Virus record (IMG/VR): IMGVR_UViG_3300020047_006293
DNA from: an uncultured virus (IMG/VR IMGVR_UViG_3300020047_006293)
Lineage: Duplodnaviria; Heunggongvirae; Uroviricota; Caudoviricetes
Length of the DNA stretch: 64,000 bases
Reading direction: 5' to 3' (one strand)
The position numbers were made by a program, and so were the translations under genes. The notes under the pieces are model-generated. The model did not search any database and was not told the DNA's origin. It saw only the letters and a program-made list of their open reading frames with translations. This document shows positions 1 to 8,562 of this stretch, piece after piece (position 1 is the first letter of the stretch; each line of letters begins with the position of its first letter).

Positions 1-345
1 CACTTACCAACCATGCGGCTAAAAGGTGAGGACGGTGAGTTCGACGTTACACCGGAAAATGGAGTGTTGTACCGTCACTTAGGCGAGCGAGCGATCTTCG
101 ACAATATCTTTATGGTGACTGGACTGAAGGATGACGGGTCGCGTGAAGGCTCACCAGTATTTCTCAGAGGCTTTGTAGACGACGCCACTATGCAGCAGAT
201 AACGCACTTTATGATCACGAGAGGGTACGAGTGCCACCTGAACCTTCCGGACGTCATGGACGCGTTCGTGGATGTCCACAGCAAGTTTTTAGCACGTGAA
301 TCTAGTGATGTTGGTGATACGGTACCGGAAGACTGGCTAGCTTGA
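1..345 (+). CDS. Hypothetical phage protein, 5'-truncated by the window edge; near-identical homolog at 40161..40523
   Basis: Base 1 onward matches 40179 onward (cacttaccaaccatgcggct...); the two translations are almost identical. Confidence 0.8.
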   Translation, partial: HLPTMRLKGEDGEFDVTPENGVLYRHLGERAIFDNIFMVTGLKDDGSREGSPVFLRGFVDDATMQQITHFMITRGYECHLNLPDVMDAFVDVHSKFLARESSDVGDTVPEDWLA

Positions 346-370
346 CAAACTGCACTTGATTTGCTATGAT
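342..370 (+). promoter_or_regulatory. Sigma70-type promoter
   Basis: TTGACA-17 nt-TATGAT with extended -10 TG. Confidence 0.6.
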
Positions 371-1000
371 GAAGACTCAGCCAGATAACTGATCGCTCCT
401 GCAAGGGAGCAAAAACAATCAAGCTCTCTTCACCCATTCGGGTAAGGGAGCTTGTGTTATTATTGCCTCTTTTTACAGATAACCACGTATCACGCTACCT
501 ATGTGTCAATAGGTCTCTTCTCGTGCATAAATAGTTTTTGGTGCTTTCTAATCAAAAAAGCGCCCGACCCGATTTGTGCAGGAGGGTAGAAAGAGGAGAT
601 AAGTGATACTCAGCAAGGGAAAGAAGACCGTTGTTTGCTACTCAGGTGTTGTACGATCACCACTCAAAAAAGACGTAGAGAGCAAGGAATAGATGGGCGG
701 CTGAGGAAGACGTTGCTTTTGATATGTGGTTCGTTTACTTGCCTGATTCTATATATCGGGGAGAGAGGTAATGGGAAAAATAAACTAGTTATAGGGGTAT
801 ATTGTGGAAAAGAAAAGGATAGACCATTTTGGAGTGGTACTGCATAATCATAAACAACATCGAGCCTAGAGCAAGACGTTTCACAAAGCATACAAACGAT
901 CCCCCTAGTTGCTAGTTAGTAGGTAGATAGCAAGCAAGGTTCGTACACTCCAAAATCCTACAGATTCATTAGCGGCAGTAATGACGAGGAGTGTTCGCAT

Positions 1001-1861
1001 ATGGGCGAGAGGCTTTGTATCTCTAGAGCTATAGAGCAATACTGCTCAGATTATTGCTGGCAAAAAGGATACTCTAAAGCGACGGTAAATAACTATCTCT
1101 GGGCGCGTGACTCTTTCGTCAAGGCGGTCGGAGATAAGTATTTAGATGAGCTGACAGTAGATGACATACGAACCTGGCGACGATTTATGGATAAAGGTCA
1201 GTGGTCTATAAACAGCGTCAACGCCTATCTCTATAAGTTTAGAAGGATAATCAACCACTACTCTACTGTTTGTACCCTCTCACCCAAAGACATCATCATC
1301 CCTAAAAAAGAACAGAAGCAGCCTAAATTTCTCCAGTTTGAGGAAGTACAAGCCATGATAAATGCCGACATCATACTCAGAGACAAAGCCATCATCTCTC
1401 TTTTTTACTCTACTGGTATGCGTGTTGGTGAGATGGCAGTAGCACGCAAAAAAGACCTACTCGGCACAGATATGATCTCTATACACGGAAAAGGGAAGAT
1501 CGAGCGTAAAGGCTTTATAGATGATACTGCTCGCCACTACTTGTTTAACTATCTTATGGGTCGTACAGATGGTTCTCCATGCCTTTTTAGATCACGTAAA
1601 GGAGACGGACTCAACAAGTCGGGTCTAGAGAAGATAGTGAAGGACGCAGGTATAGCGGCCGGTATAGATAGACCAGTCCACCCTCACATGCTTCGACACT
1701 CCTTAGCTACCCACTTAGTACAGAATGGGATAGGGCAGTTTCACCTAAAAGATATACTTGGCCATGCAGATATTTCAACTACTCAAATGTACGTTCACCT
1801 CGGGACAAAAGACCTCAGAGACTCCTATACTGAGTGCCACAAAACACCAGATTTAGCATAA
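1001..1861 (+). CDS. Tyrosine recombinase/integrase (XerC/D-like)
   Basis: TGMRVGE, HPHMLRHSLATHL and LGHADISTTQMY catalytic motifs; N-terminal SAM-like domain. Confidence 0.93.
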   Translation: MGERLCISRAIEQYCSDYCWQKGYSKATVNNYLWARDSFVKAVGDKYLDELTVDDIRTWRRFMDKGQWSINSVNAYLYKFRRIINHYSTVCTLSPKDIIIPKKEQKQPKFLQFEEVQAMINADIILRDKAIISLFYSTGMRVGEMAVARKKDLLGTDMISIHGKGKIERKGFIDDTARHYLFNYLMGRTDGSPCLFRSRKGDGLNKSGLEKIVKDAGIAAGIDRPVHPHMLRHSLATHLVQNGIGQFHLKDILGHADISTTQMYVHLGTKDLRDSYTECHKTPDLA

Positions 1862-1867
1862 AGGGTA

Positions 1868-1896
1868 TTGACAAAGTGCTTTCCGTTTGGTACCAT
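1868..1896 (+). promoter_or_regulatory. Sigma70-type promoter for the structured leader and early operon
   Basis: TTGACA-17 nt-TACCAT with upstream TG. Confidence 0.65.
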
Positions 1897-1925
1897 AGGG
1901 GTACAGTACTTTCACAGACAAAACT

Positions 1926-2616
1926 CTTACAAACGAGTTACCCTCTGTCTAAGTTAAACCGCCTTTCATATAGAAAGCAGTTTTAACAGAGACAATCATT
2001 ACCTAAATTATAGCACGTTTGTAAGCTCGCAGTAGATCGGCAGCTACACACGTAACTCACCCCTCTACGCGAGGGGTCTTTTGTTACTCGGTGGAGCGAT
2101 TAGCTATCTGGCTGACCATTCCACGCAGGTCACACAACACCCCCTGCGAACGTTGCGACCACACGCCAGCTTTAAGCATCAGGGCGCATGTCACTAGCAA
2201 CCAGTTAGTATTTTGACAATTCGGGATAGAGATTGAGTGTAGGGTGCCGGTAGTAACCGACTCGGATGACACTGCTTGTAAGGCGCCACGGCTTTGAATT
2301 ATGGCCGAGCCACGCAGATTGCTACTAGCACCCTACACCCAATCAACCTCGGGGGCGGACTGCGAGCCGTCCTCGGGGGATAAGTAGATAGATCATGGGG
2401 GAATGCTGGCAGTGCACATGTTCAGTAGTAGCAGAAGTGCTACCGAAGCCGCAGGAGTCCATTCTAGAACGGGCAGTAGACGTTGTGAGCCAAACTGCTG
2501 GAGCTCACCCCCCACGACCTGTCTACTTATCAAACTTATAGACCGTTTACTGCTAAGTAGGCGGGTGGGTATCGCGTTGACGCAAGATGAGATAACCCGC
2601 CTACCTAGCAGTAAAC
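1926..2616 (+). ncRNA. Array of putative structured RNA units with long closing stems
   Basis: Inverted-repeat-closed units at 1926-2025, 2231-2344, 2379-2531 and 2545-2616; several mismatches read as G-U pairs on the + strand; no credible ORF. Confidence 0.6.
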
Positions 2617-2633
2617 CCAAAAGGAGATAACTT

Positions 2634-2777
2634 ATGAAAACAATACGCAAGATACACGTGGTAGATGAATCAAAAGTCTATCGCCTCTGTATAAACCCAT
2701 TTGGTGAACTCGTCTTTGAAGACGAAGCCACCATAAAGAAAGTAAAAGAACTCGGTTTGAGTTTGAGGGCGTTATGA
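2634..2777 (+). CDS. Small hypothetical protein (47 aa)
   Basis: AGGAG RBS; MKTIRKIHVV...LRAL; stop overlaps the next ATG (ATGA). Confidence 0.6.
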   Translation: MKTIRKIHVVDESKVYRLCINPFGELVFEDEATIKKVKELGLSLRAL

Positions 2778-3409
2778 CAAGTAACGATATAGCAAAACGA
2801 GACGAGTTTGTACAACTAAGCTCACCAAAAGAAGTACAGAAGTTTGCAATCGAACTGAAGAAGTACGTTGTTGAGCAAGGTTTGTTCACACCAATACAAG
2901 GTAAGAACTATGTGAATGTCGAGGGTTGGCAGTATGCAGGAGCGAGCATGGGTATGTTACCGATGGTCGTGTCTTGCGATGACATATCAACTGAAGGTGA
3001 GATCAAGTACAAAGCTACAGTCGAGATTGTAAGCGTAAAGAACGGAAACAAGGTAGCAAGCGGCGTTGCGATCTGTAGCAGTAAAGAAGCTAAACGCAAA
3101 AATGCCGACGAGTACGTGATTGCTTCAATGGCTCAGACACGAGCAGTTGGTAAAGCCTTTCGACTGTCTATCGGCTGGATTATGAAGTTAGCAGGGTATG
3201 AATCAACCCCTACAGAAGAGATCGAGTATATAGACCCAAACGATAATACTTCAACCTCCACGGCAGACGTTGGTGCAGTACTTGAGAAGATCAAAAGCGC
3301 CACAACCACTGATGAGCTACGGGCTATACGCCAAGGTCTAGACCCACAACTCAGGTTGAGTGTCACTCCGGCTATAGACAACCGACTCAAGGAATTATCC
3401 GGTGAGTAA
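2774..3409 (+). CDS. Single-strand annealing recombinase (RecT/Rad52 superfamily-like)
   Basis: GKNYVNVEGW and SMAQTRAVGKAFR motifs; adjacent to a YqaJ exonuclease. Confidence 0.65.
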   Translation: MTSNDIAKRDEFVQLSSPKEVQKFAIELKKYVVEQGLFTPIQGKNYVNVEGWQYAGASMGMLPMVVSCDDISTEGEIKYKATVEIVSVKNGNKVASGVAICSSKEAKRKNADEYVIASMAQTRAVGKAFRLSIGWIMKLAGYESTPTEEIEYIDPNDNTSTSTADVGAVLEKIKSATTTDELRAIRQGLDPQLRLSVTPAIDNRLKELSGE

Positions 3410-4010
3410 CCTTTACGTCGAACAAGGCACAGAAGAATGGCACGAACTACGCATGGGGCGGGCAACCGCCTCAAAGTTCGGCGTCATCATGTCGGGCGAG
3501 AAATATGCCCAGTACAAAAACTACCGTGCCGAGATCGTCTCTGAAACACTAACCGGACATCGCACAGACCTATACAAGACTAAAGAAATGCAGTGGGGGA
3601 ATGACTACGAAGCCGTAGCAGCCCAGGAGTACTTCTTTAGAGAAGGTCGAGCAACAGAAGAATGTGGGTTTTTCGCCCACGACACTCTGATGGCCGGTGC
3701 GAGTCCAGATAGGTTAGTCGGTGACGATGGACTACTTGAAATAAAGTGTCCGAACACAGCAACGCATATAGAAACACTCCGCAAGCAGAAAGTACCTAAC
3801 CAGTACGCCTGGCAGGTCATGGGTCAACTCTGGATAACGGGCAGGAAATGGTGTGACTTTGTTAGTTACGACCCCCGCCTTCCAGAAAATGCTCAGTACT
3901 TCTGCACACGAGTTGAACGCGACGAGGAAAAGATCAGACAGCTTGAAATGGAGGTTACTAACTTCCTAGAGAGCGTAGAGTCCGAAATCGCGTTTATAAG
4001 GAACTATTAG
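3402..4010 (+). CDS. YqaJ/lambda-type exonuclease
   Basis: QGTEEWHELR, TAS, GASPD, LEIKCP and QVMGQLW motifs. Confidence 0.92.
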   Translation: MSNLYVEQGTEEWHELRMGRATASKFGVIMSGEKYAQYKNYRAEIVSETLTGHRTDLYKTKEMQWGNDYEAVAAQEYFFREGRATEECGFFAHDTLMAGASPDRLVGDDGLLEIKCPNTATHIETLRKQKVPNQYAWQVMGQLWITGRKWCDFVSYDPRLPENAQYFCTRVERDEEKIRQLEMEVTNFLESVESEIAFIRNY

Positions 4011-4019
4011 GGGGCAACA

Positions 4020-4274
4020 ATGGCTAAACCTAAACAGTCCGTCATGGACGAAATAAGACAAGGAACTAAAAGAAACAAGGAAACTAAAATGACTACTTTC
4101 AAGAACATCGACTGGAACAAAGTATGGACTATCACTAAAACACTACTCTTCGTAGCGTGGACAGCGGCAGCCGTACTAGCAGGTATGAACTACAACCAAA
4201 GCATTAACAACAGGATTCATGCTGAGGCCAAAACTCTTACACAAGTATCAGTTGCTACAGAGTCAAAAAACTAG
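4020..4274 (+). CDS. Small membrane-anchored protein; N-terminal part of a probable -1 frameshift fusion
   Basis: Hydrophobic segment LLFVAWTAAAVLAG; ends at A AAA AAC TAG. Confidence 0.7.
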   Translation: MAKPKQSVMDEIRQGTKRNKETKMTTFKNIDWNKVWTITKTLLFVAWTAAAVLAGMNYNQSINNRIHAEAKTLTQVSVATESKN

Positions 4275-4735
4275 CTGAGGCTTCGCAGCCACCTCAGCAG
4301 ACAATCAGTGCTGCAACAGTAGAAATAGCACCAGTAGCAGTAGTAGAAACGGTCAAAGACAACGAGACAATAGCCTGGGATTTTCTTATCTCACAAGGCT
4401 TCACTCGGAATCAGACAGCGGGAATCATGGGCAACCTAAGACAAGAGCACAGCTTTAACACAAGTGACGTTGCAGGAGGCTTAGGTATCGCCCAGTGGAT
4501 AGGAAATCGCCGAGAGCTACTACTAGCACGACCAAACTACACAGACATCACAGTACAGCTCAACTACCTCATGGAAGAACTAAATGGCGTCGAGTCAGAA
4601 GCAAAGGCTTTGATACTCAACTCCACTTCCATCGAGGCAGCTACACTCGCTTTTTCGAGCAAGTTTGAGAGATGTGGGGTTTGTATGGATGACAAAAGAA
4701 TAACGTACGCCTATGAAATCATGGGGCGTCACTAA
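4265..4735 (+). CDS. Phage tail lysozyme-like domain, probably reached by -1 frameshift
   Basis: AWDFLISQGFTRNQTAGIMGNLRQE, GLGIAQW and FERCG motifs; the domain begins upstream of the first start codon (4427). Confidence 0.75.
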   Translation, partial: KKLAEASQPPQQTISAATVEIAPVAVVETVKDNETIAWDFLISQGFTRNQTAGIMGNLRQEHSFNTSDVAGGLGIAQWIGNRRELLLARPNYTDITVQLNYLMEELNGVESEAKALILNSTSIEAATLAFSSKFERCGVCMDDKRITYAYEIMGRH

Positions 4736-4746
4736 AAGGAGGACAC

Positions 4747-4995
4747 ATGTCAGGAAGTGCAGCCGGAGGAAAGAAAGCGGCGATAACTAACAAACTCAGA
4801 CACGGTAAAGACTTTTACGCGAACATCGGACGTAAAGGCGGTATGAACGGTCACACAGGTGGCTTTGCGTTTCCCCTACTCTGTGACTGCGAGTACACAG
4901 AAGACCTCCATAAAAAAGCAGAGTGTGCAGGGGCTAAGGGCGGCGCAATCAGCCGACGCGGAAAAGCTAAGAAAAAAGAAGTAGTGTTTTACTAA
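4747..4995 (+). CDS. KGG-repeat (stress-induced-like) protein
   Basis: GGKKAAITNKLRHGKDFYANIGRKGG...AGAKGG. Confidence 0.75.
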   Translation: MSGSAAGGKKAAITNKLRHGKDFYANIGRKGGMNGHTGGFAFPLLCDCEYTEDLHKKAECAGAKGGAISRRGKAKKKEVVFY

Positions 4996-5003
4996 ACGGT
5001 TTC

Positions 5004-5351
5004 ATGGACGAAAAGAAATACCCACAGCGGACACTTCGTCAAAATAGAGCACTTCACAAGTACTTCACACAAATTTCAGATGATCTAAACGACCACGGCC
5101 TCAACATAATGAAAACTCTCCGGAGTGACGCTGAGATACCGTGGTCGCCCCTACTCGTGAAAGAGATCATGTGGCGCCCTCTGATGAAAGCGAAGCTACT
5201 GAAATCATCCACCACTCAACTAAATACTAAAGAGATAGATGAAATACTCGACATACTCACTAAATATCTTGGCGAGCAACACGGGCTCACAGTAGAGTTC
5301 CCATCCATCGAGACAATCATCCGAAACGAACAAGCAAAGGAGCAGGTATGA
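5004..5351 (+). CDS. NinB/Orf-like recombination accessory protein
   Basis: RTLRQNRALHKY N-terminus; STTQLNTKE near the C-terminus. Confidence 0.6.
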   Translation: MDEKKYPQRTLRQNRALHKYFTQISDDLNDHGLNIMKTLRSDAEIPWSPLLVKEIMWRPLMKAKLLKSSTTQLNTKEIDEILDILTKYLGEQHGLTVEFPSIETIIRNEQAKEQV

Positions 5352-5530
5352 GGGCAGTTATCAGGCTCTACCGGAAGATCAACGAAAAACCGCACCTGTA
5401 TGAGTTCAAAGCAAACTTCAACCACGAAGATGAGCTCGACATACGGCAGATCGTGGAAGACATAGAAGCATTTTTGGAAGAGAGTTCAGCAGACTACATA
5501 GAAAACACTGATGAGGCGACTGGGTAGATC

Positions 5531-5839
5531 ATGAGTGTAGCAGATACAAGTCTAGGGGCTTACCGTACGAAGGTAGTCCCAAAGATGACTAAAAAAGAAG
5601 AGATCGTATACCAGGCAGTTGAACTACTGCAACCATGTACAAACGACGACATCTCCGCCTATCTTCGCTGGCCTATAAACTGCGTCACCGGACGTACAAA
5701 CGGCCTAGAAAAGAAGTCGCTGGTGAAACGTCTCGATAAGAACGGTAAAACTATCATGGGAAACCGAGCCTACAGATGGGTAGCAATTCACCCCTCCGAC
5801 AGACAGCTTAGTTTTCTCACTGAGGATTGCGAGGACTAG
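5531..5839 (+). CDS. Winged-helix DNA-binding protein
   Basis: PCTNDDISAYLRWPINCVTGRTNGLEKKSLV HTH-like pattern. Confidence 0.6.
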   Translation: MSVADTSLGAYRTKVVPKMTKKEEIVYQAVELLQPCTNDDISAYLRWPINCVTGRTNGLEKKSLVKRLDKNGKTIMGNRAYRWVAIHPSDRQLSFLTEDCED

Positions 5840-5900
5840 TGCGTAAACAATCAGCCCTAGATAAATTCAAACTTCACTATGAACTAACGGAGGAAAAGAA

Positions 5901-6104
5901 ATGTCGGTCGAAAAGCTAAAAAGCGGTAACTACCAGGTGCGAGCCTGGCAGAATGGTAAACGGTTTTCACTCGGCACTTTTACCAGCTACGATCTAGCCC
6001 GCAAAGTAGACAACGATTTTCGCAAGACGCGCAAAGTCAGCTACTACACCGGAAACTCTGACCGTACACTCTGGCAAAAGATAAAGTCGCTGTTCGGTAA
6101 GTAG
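5901..6104 (+). CDS. AP2/integrase-N-like DNA-binding protein
   Basis: GNYQVRAWQNGKRFSLGTFTSYDLA motif. Confidence 0.5.
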   Translation: MSVEKLKSGNYQVRAWQNGKRFSLGTFTSYDLARKVDNDFRKTRKVSYYTGNSDRTLWQKIKSLFGK

Positions 6105-6261
6105 TATGTAACTCACAGGCTACAGAAGGTTCCAAATAGCCCTCGTCTGGTTAAAGAAGGGGCGCATAGGAGACCAAGAACAGTTCATAAAGAAAGTTTG
6201 TGAAGCCAAGGGTATGCAGTATAGCCCGCCCAAGGTGAGGAAAGCACCTGAACAATTCACG

Positions 6262-7235
6262 ATAGAGAGTAGCCGGGGGGAGTGAATCGCTACCTAAGAA
6301 GTAACCCCGTACTAGTCGGGATAGCTCAAGTAAGATAGCTGCCCCCGCGTACTCTCTATAACAGATAAGACGTATAGCGCTGGGAGTAAAGAGGGTGCTA
6401 GTCACTGAAAACCTATAAATGTGCCGTAAAACCGGTTGGTGGACAAACTAGTGTTTATCGAACTTTCTGCCAGCGCCTTGCGTCTTATCACAAAGTATCA
6501 GTGGCTTTTCCAGCCATCAAAGCCCCACTTGAACGTAGTAGCTTGAATGTAACACGCTATGAAATCAACGGATATAACGTAGGATGCGACCCGATGGCTG
6601 GCGTAGCNNNNNNNNNNNNNNNNNNNNNNNNNNNNNNNNNNNNNNNNNNNNNNNNNNNNNNNNNNNNNNNNNNNNNNNNNNNNNNNNNNNNNNNNNNNNN
6701 NNNNNNTATCACAAAGTATCAGTGGCTTTTCCAGCCATCAAAGCCCCACTTGAACGTAGTAGCTTGAATGTAACACGCTATGAAATCAACGGATATAACG
6801 TAGGATGCGACCCGATGGCTGGCGTAGCTACTGATACATAAAGCGCTGGGGAGCTGGCAGTAATGCCCGTCCTGCAGGCGTGGTTGGCTACTCGGTTCGA
6901 ACCCGACTTGCTGCCAGCTCTCCCACGCTTTAACACATATACGACTCACGCATGGTAGTGAGTGGCGGAAATAGGTAGACGCTTATAAACACTAAGAAGA
7001 ACGATGTATCTGACTAATTCTGACTTATGCCAAAACGTGAAATGAAGGGGTGATACTCAACTAAGTAGCGTACGGTAGCAGATGCCTAACGTGTTTCGAT
7101 GTTTCTTCATGCAGGGTGACAATACGAGTATCGGCAGGTGGCGACTGCAAGTTACGGAGGGCTTCGGCTTTTACGTAGAACATACGCTTCACACTCGTCA
7201 AATCCCTGCCTCACTACCATTCGCGAGCCGTATAT
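6262..7235 (+). ncRNA. Second array of stem-closed RNA units, including tRNA-like elements
   Basis: Units at 6262-6359, 6364-6489, 6716-6837, 6839-6932 and 6937-7235, separated by short A/C-rich linkers (one junction spans the N-gap). Confidence 0.6.
6608..6706. other. Scaffold gap (N run) with duplicated flanks
   Basis: 6486-6607 is repeated at 6707-6828. Confidence 0.95.
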
Positions 7236-8562
7236 ACAACAAACTAACCAAAGGAGGGGACATGTACAGGACTACCAAAGAAAAGTCACTGACGACAAAT
7301 GCTACCTGTCCGGAGTGCGGCTCTAAAACCGTGCTCTACCGTGGCGGCACTCTCACGTGCACTAACTGTGCTCATATCCTATCCTCTCCAAAAGTCAAAA
7401 AGAACAAATACAATGCCGTCCGTACTGTCGCCAAAGATGGTCTAAAACGAGACAGCAAGTTTGAAGCCTCTGTAGCAGATGAACTCTACCTAAGAAAACA
7501 AGCCGGAGACATCAAAGACTACGAGAGCCAGTTCAAAGTAACTATCCCGATCTACAGCCATGACGGTGAAATAGTCCACACGGTTTCTCACAAGATTGAT
7601 TTTAGAATTCATAAGGACGACGGAAGTTTCACACTTTATGAAGCCAAGGGAAAAGAGACGCCTGACTACATATGGCGCAGAAAGCTTCTAGAGGTCGTCT
7701 GGCTACCTGAACACCCCGACCATGAGTATGAGGTCAGGTATCAACATAACAGGAGGAGAGCACGATGAAAGAGCTTGAAGAAGTCACGTTCCCTAAGATC
7801 GTATCTGCTATAAAGCGAGGCGATTTTACCTACACTAGCCAAAAAACTATGACGGTAGACCTTCTGGATAACGTAGTAGCCAACGACTACTCGCGTGATG
7901 GAGAAGAAGTTAAGCCAACACTTATAGCGGTCGAAGTTTCATGGAAACCACTACTATACGAAACCTTTGGCGCAGAAAGATCAGGAGATTAGTAAATGAA
8001 ACTCACCGACATACTCCAACTCCTCACCATCTGGACTATAGGAGCAGGAATCATAGTTTACATAATCAAAGGCGAAATAGACTACCAGAAGTGGACAAAG
8101 AAAACTAAGGAAGGAGACGAGTGATGAACAGCGGAAAAGAGACGACAAACTATAGGTACTTAGTGGTAGAGGAAGGTTCAATTTTGTTTTGCACTGACAG
8201 CAAGAGTCAGCTAGAAACATTCTTGCAAAGTGTGCCAGCAAATAAAGTAGCCGTATATCAAAAACGCTATGGCTCGGAATCACTACTTTGCGAGGTTGAA
8301 TATGAAGACGACAACGAAGAAGGAAAGAGCGATGTCTGATACCCCCAACCAACCAAAGACAGACTGGCTCGATAACTTTGTCAAGGACGACCTCACGTTC
8401 CTAACAGACGGGGAGAAGCAAGCCATCCGTACCCAACTCAAAGAGAGACTACTAGAACACAAAAAGACTTATATAACTGAGCTAAGGTGGAAATACTCTA
8501 GAGCGGAGGAAGCTGTCCCTATATCAGCCCTAACCCAAGTACTAGGAGAAGATGTATGAGTA
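6707..8562 (+). repeat. Direct repeat copy 1 (about 1.86 kb); copy 2 at 47224-49079
   Basis: Identical ORF translations and matching ends at an offset of 40,517. Confidence 0.95.
7262..7768 (+). CDS. Zn-ribbon plus DUF1064-like PD-(D/E)XK nuclease
   Basis: CPECG/CTNC, NKYNA, DSKFEA, IDF and EAKG motifs; GGAGG RBS before ATG 7262. Confidence 0.7.
   Translation: MYRTTKEKSLTTNATCPECGSKTVLYRGGTLTCTNCAHILSSPKVKKNKYNAVRTVAKDGLKRDSKFEASVADELYLRKQAGDIKDYESQFKVTIPIYSHDGEIVHTVSHKIDFRIHKDDGSFTLYEAKGKETPDYIWRRKLLEVVWLPEHPDHEYEVRYQHNRRRAR

Noticed and set aside
346..1000. attP/attL site next to the integrase
   Set aside because: No duplicated core or tRNA 3' end could be identified within the window
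6316..6330. Hairpin with CTA in a 7-nt loop, suggesting an amber suppressor or stop-codon recoding
   Set aside because: No tRNA body around it, and genes read intact under the standard code with TAG used as a stop
6486..6828. 122-nt tandem duplication around the N run
   Set aside because: Typical scaffolding overlap; the equivalent locus at 47224 has a single copy
6937..7235. tmRNA or canonical tRNA call
   Set aside because: No Ala-type acceptor or obvious tag reading frame, no 7-nt anticodon loop and no NCCA in register; kept only as tRNA-like
1926..7235. CRISPR array, retron or DGR interpretation of the repeats and stems
   Set aside because: No regularly spaced direct repeats, no cas or reverse transcriptase gene, and no adenine-specific template/variable repeat pair
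7082..7261. N-terminal extension of the DUF1064-like ORF (also 47599..47778)
   Set aside because: Overlaps the structured RNA; a strong RBS supports the start at 7262
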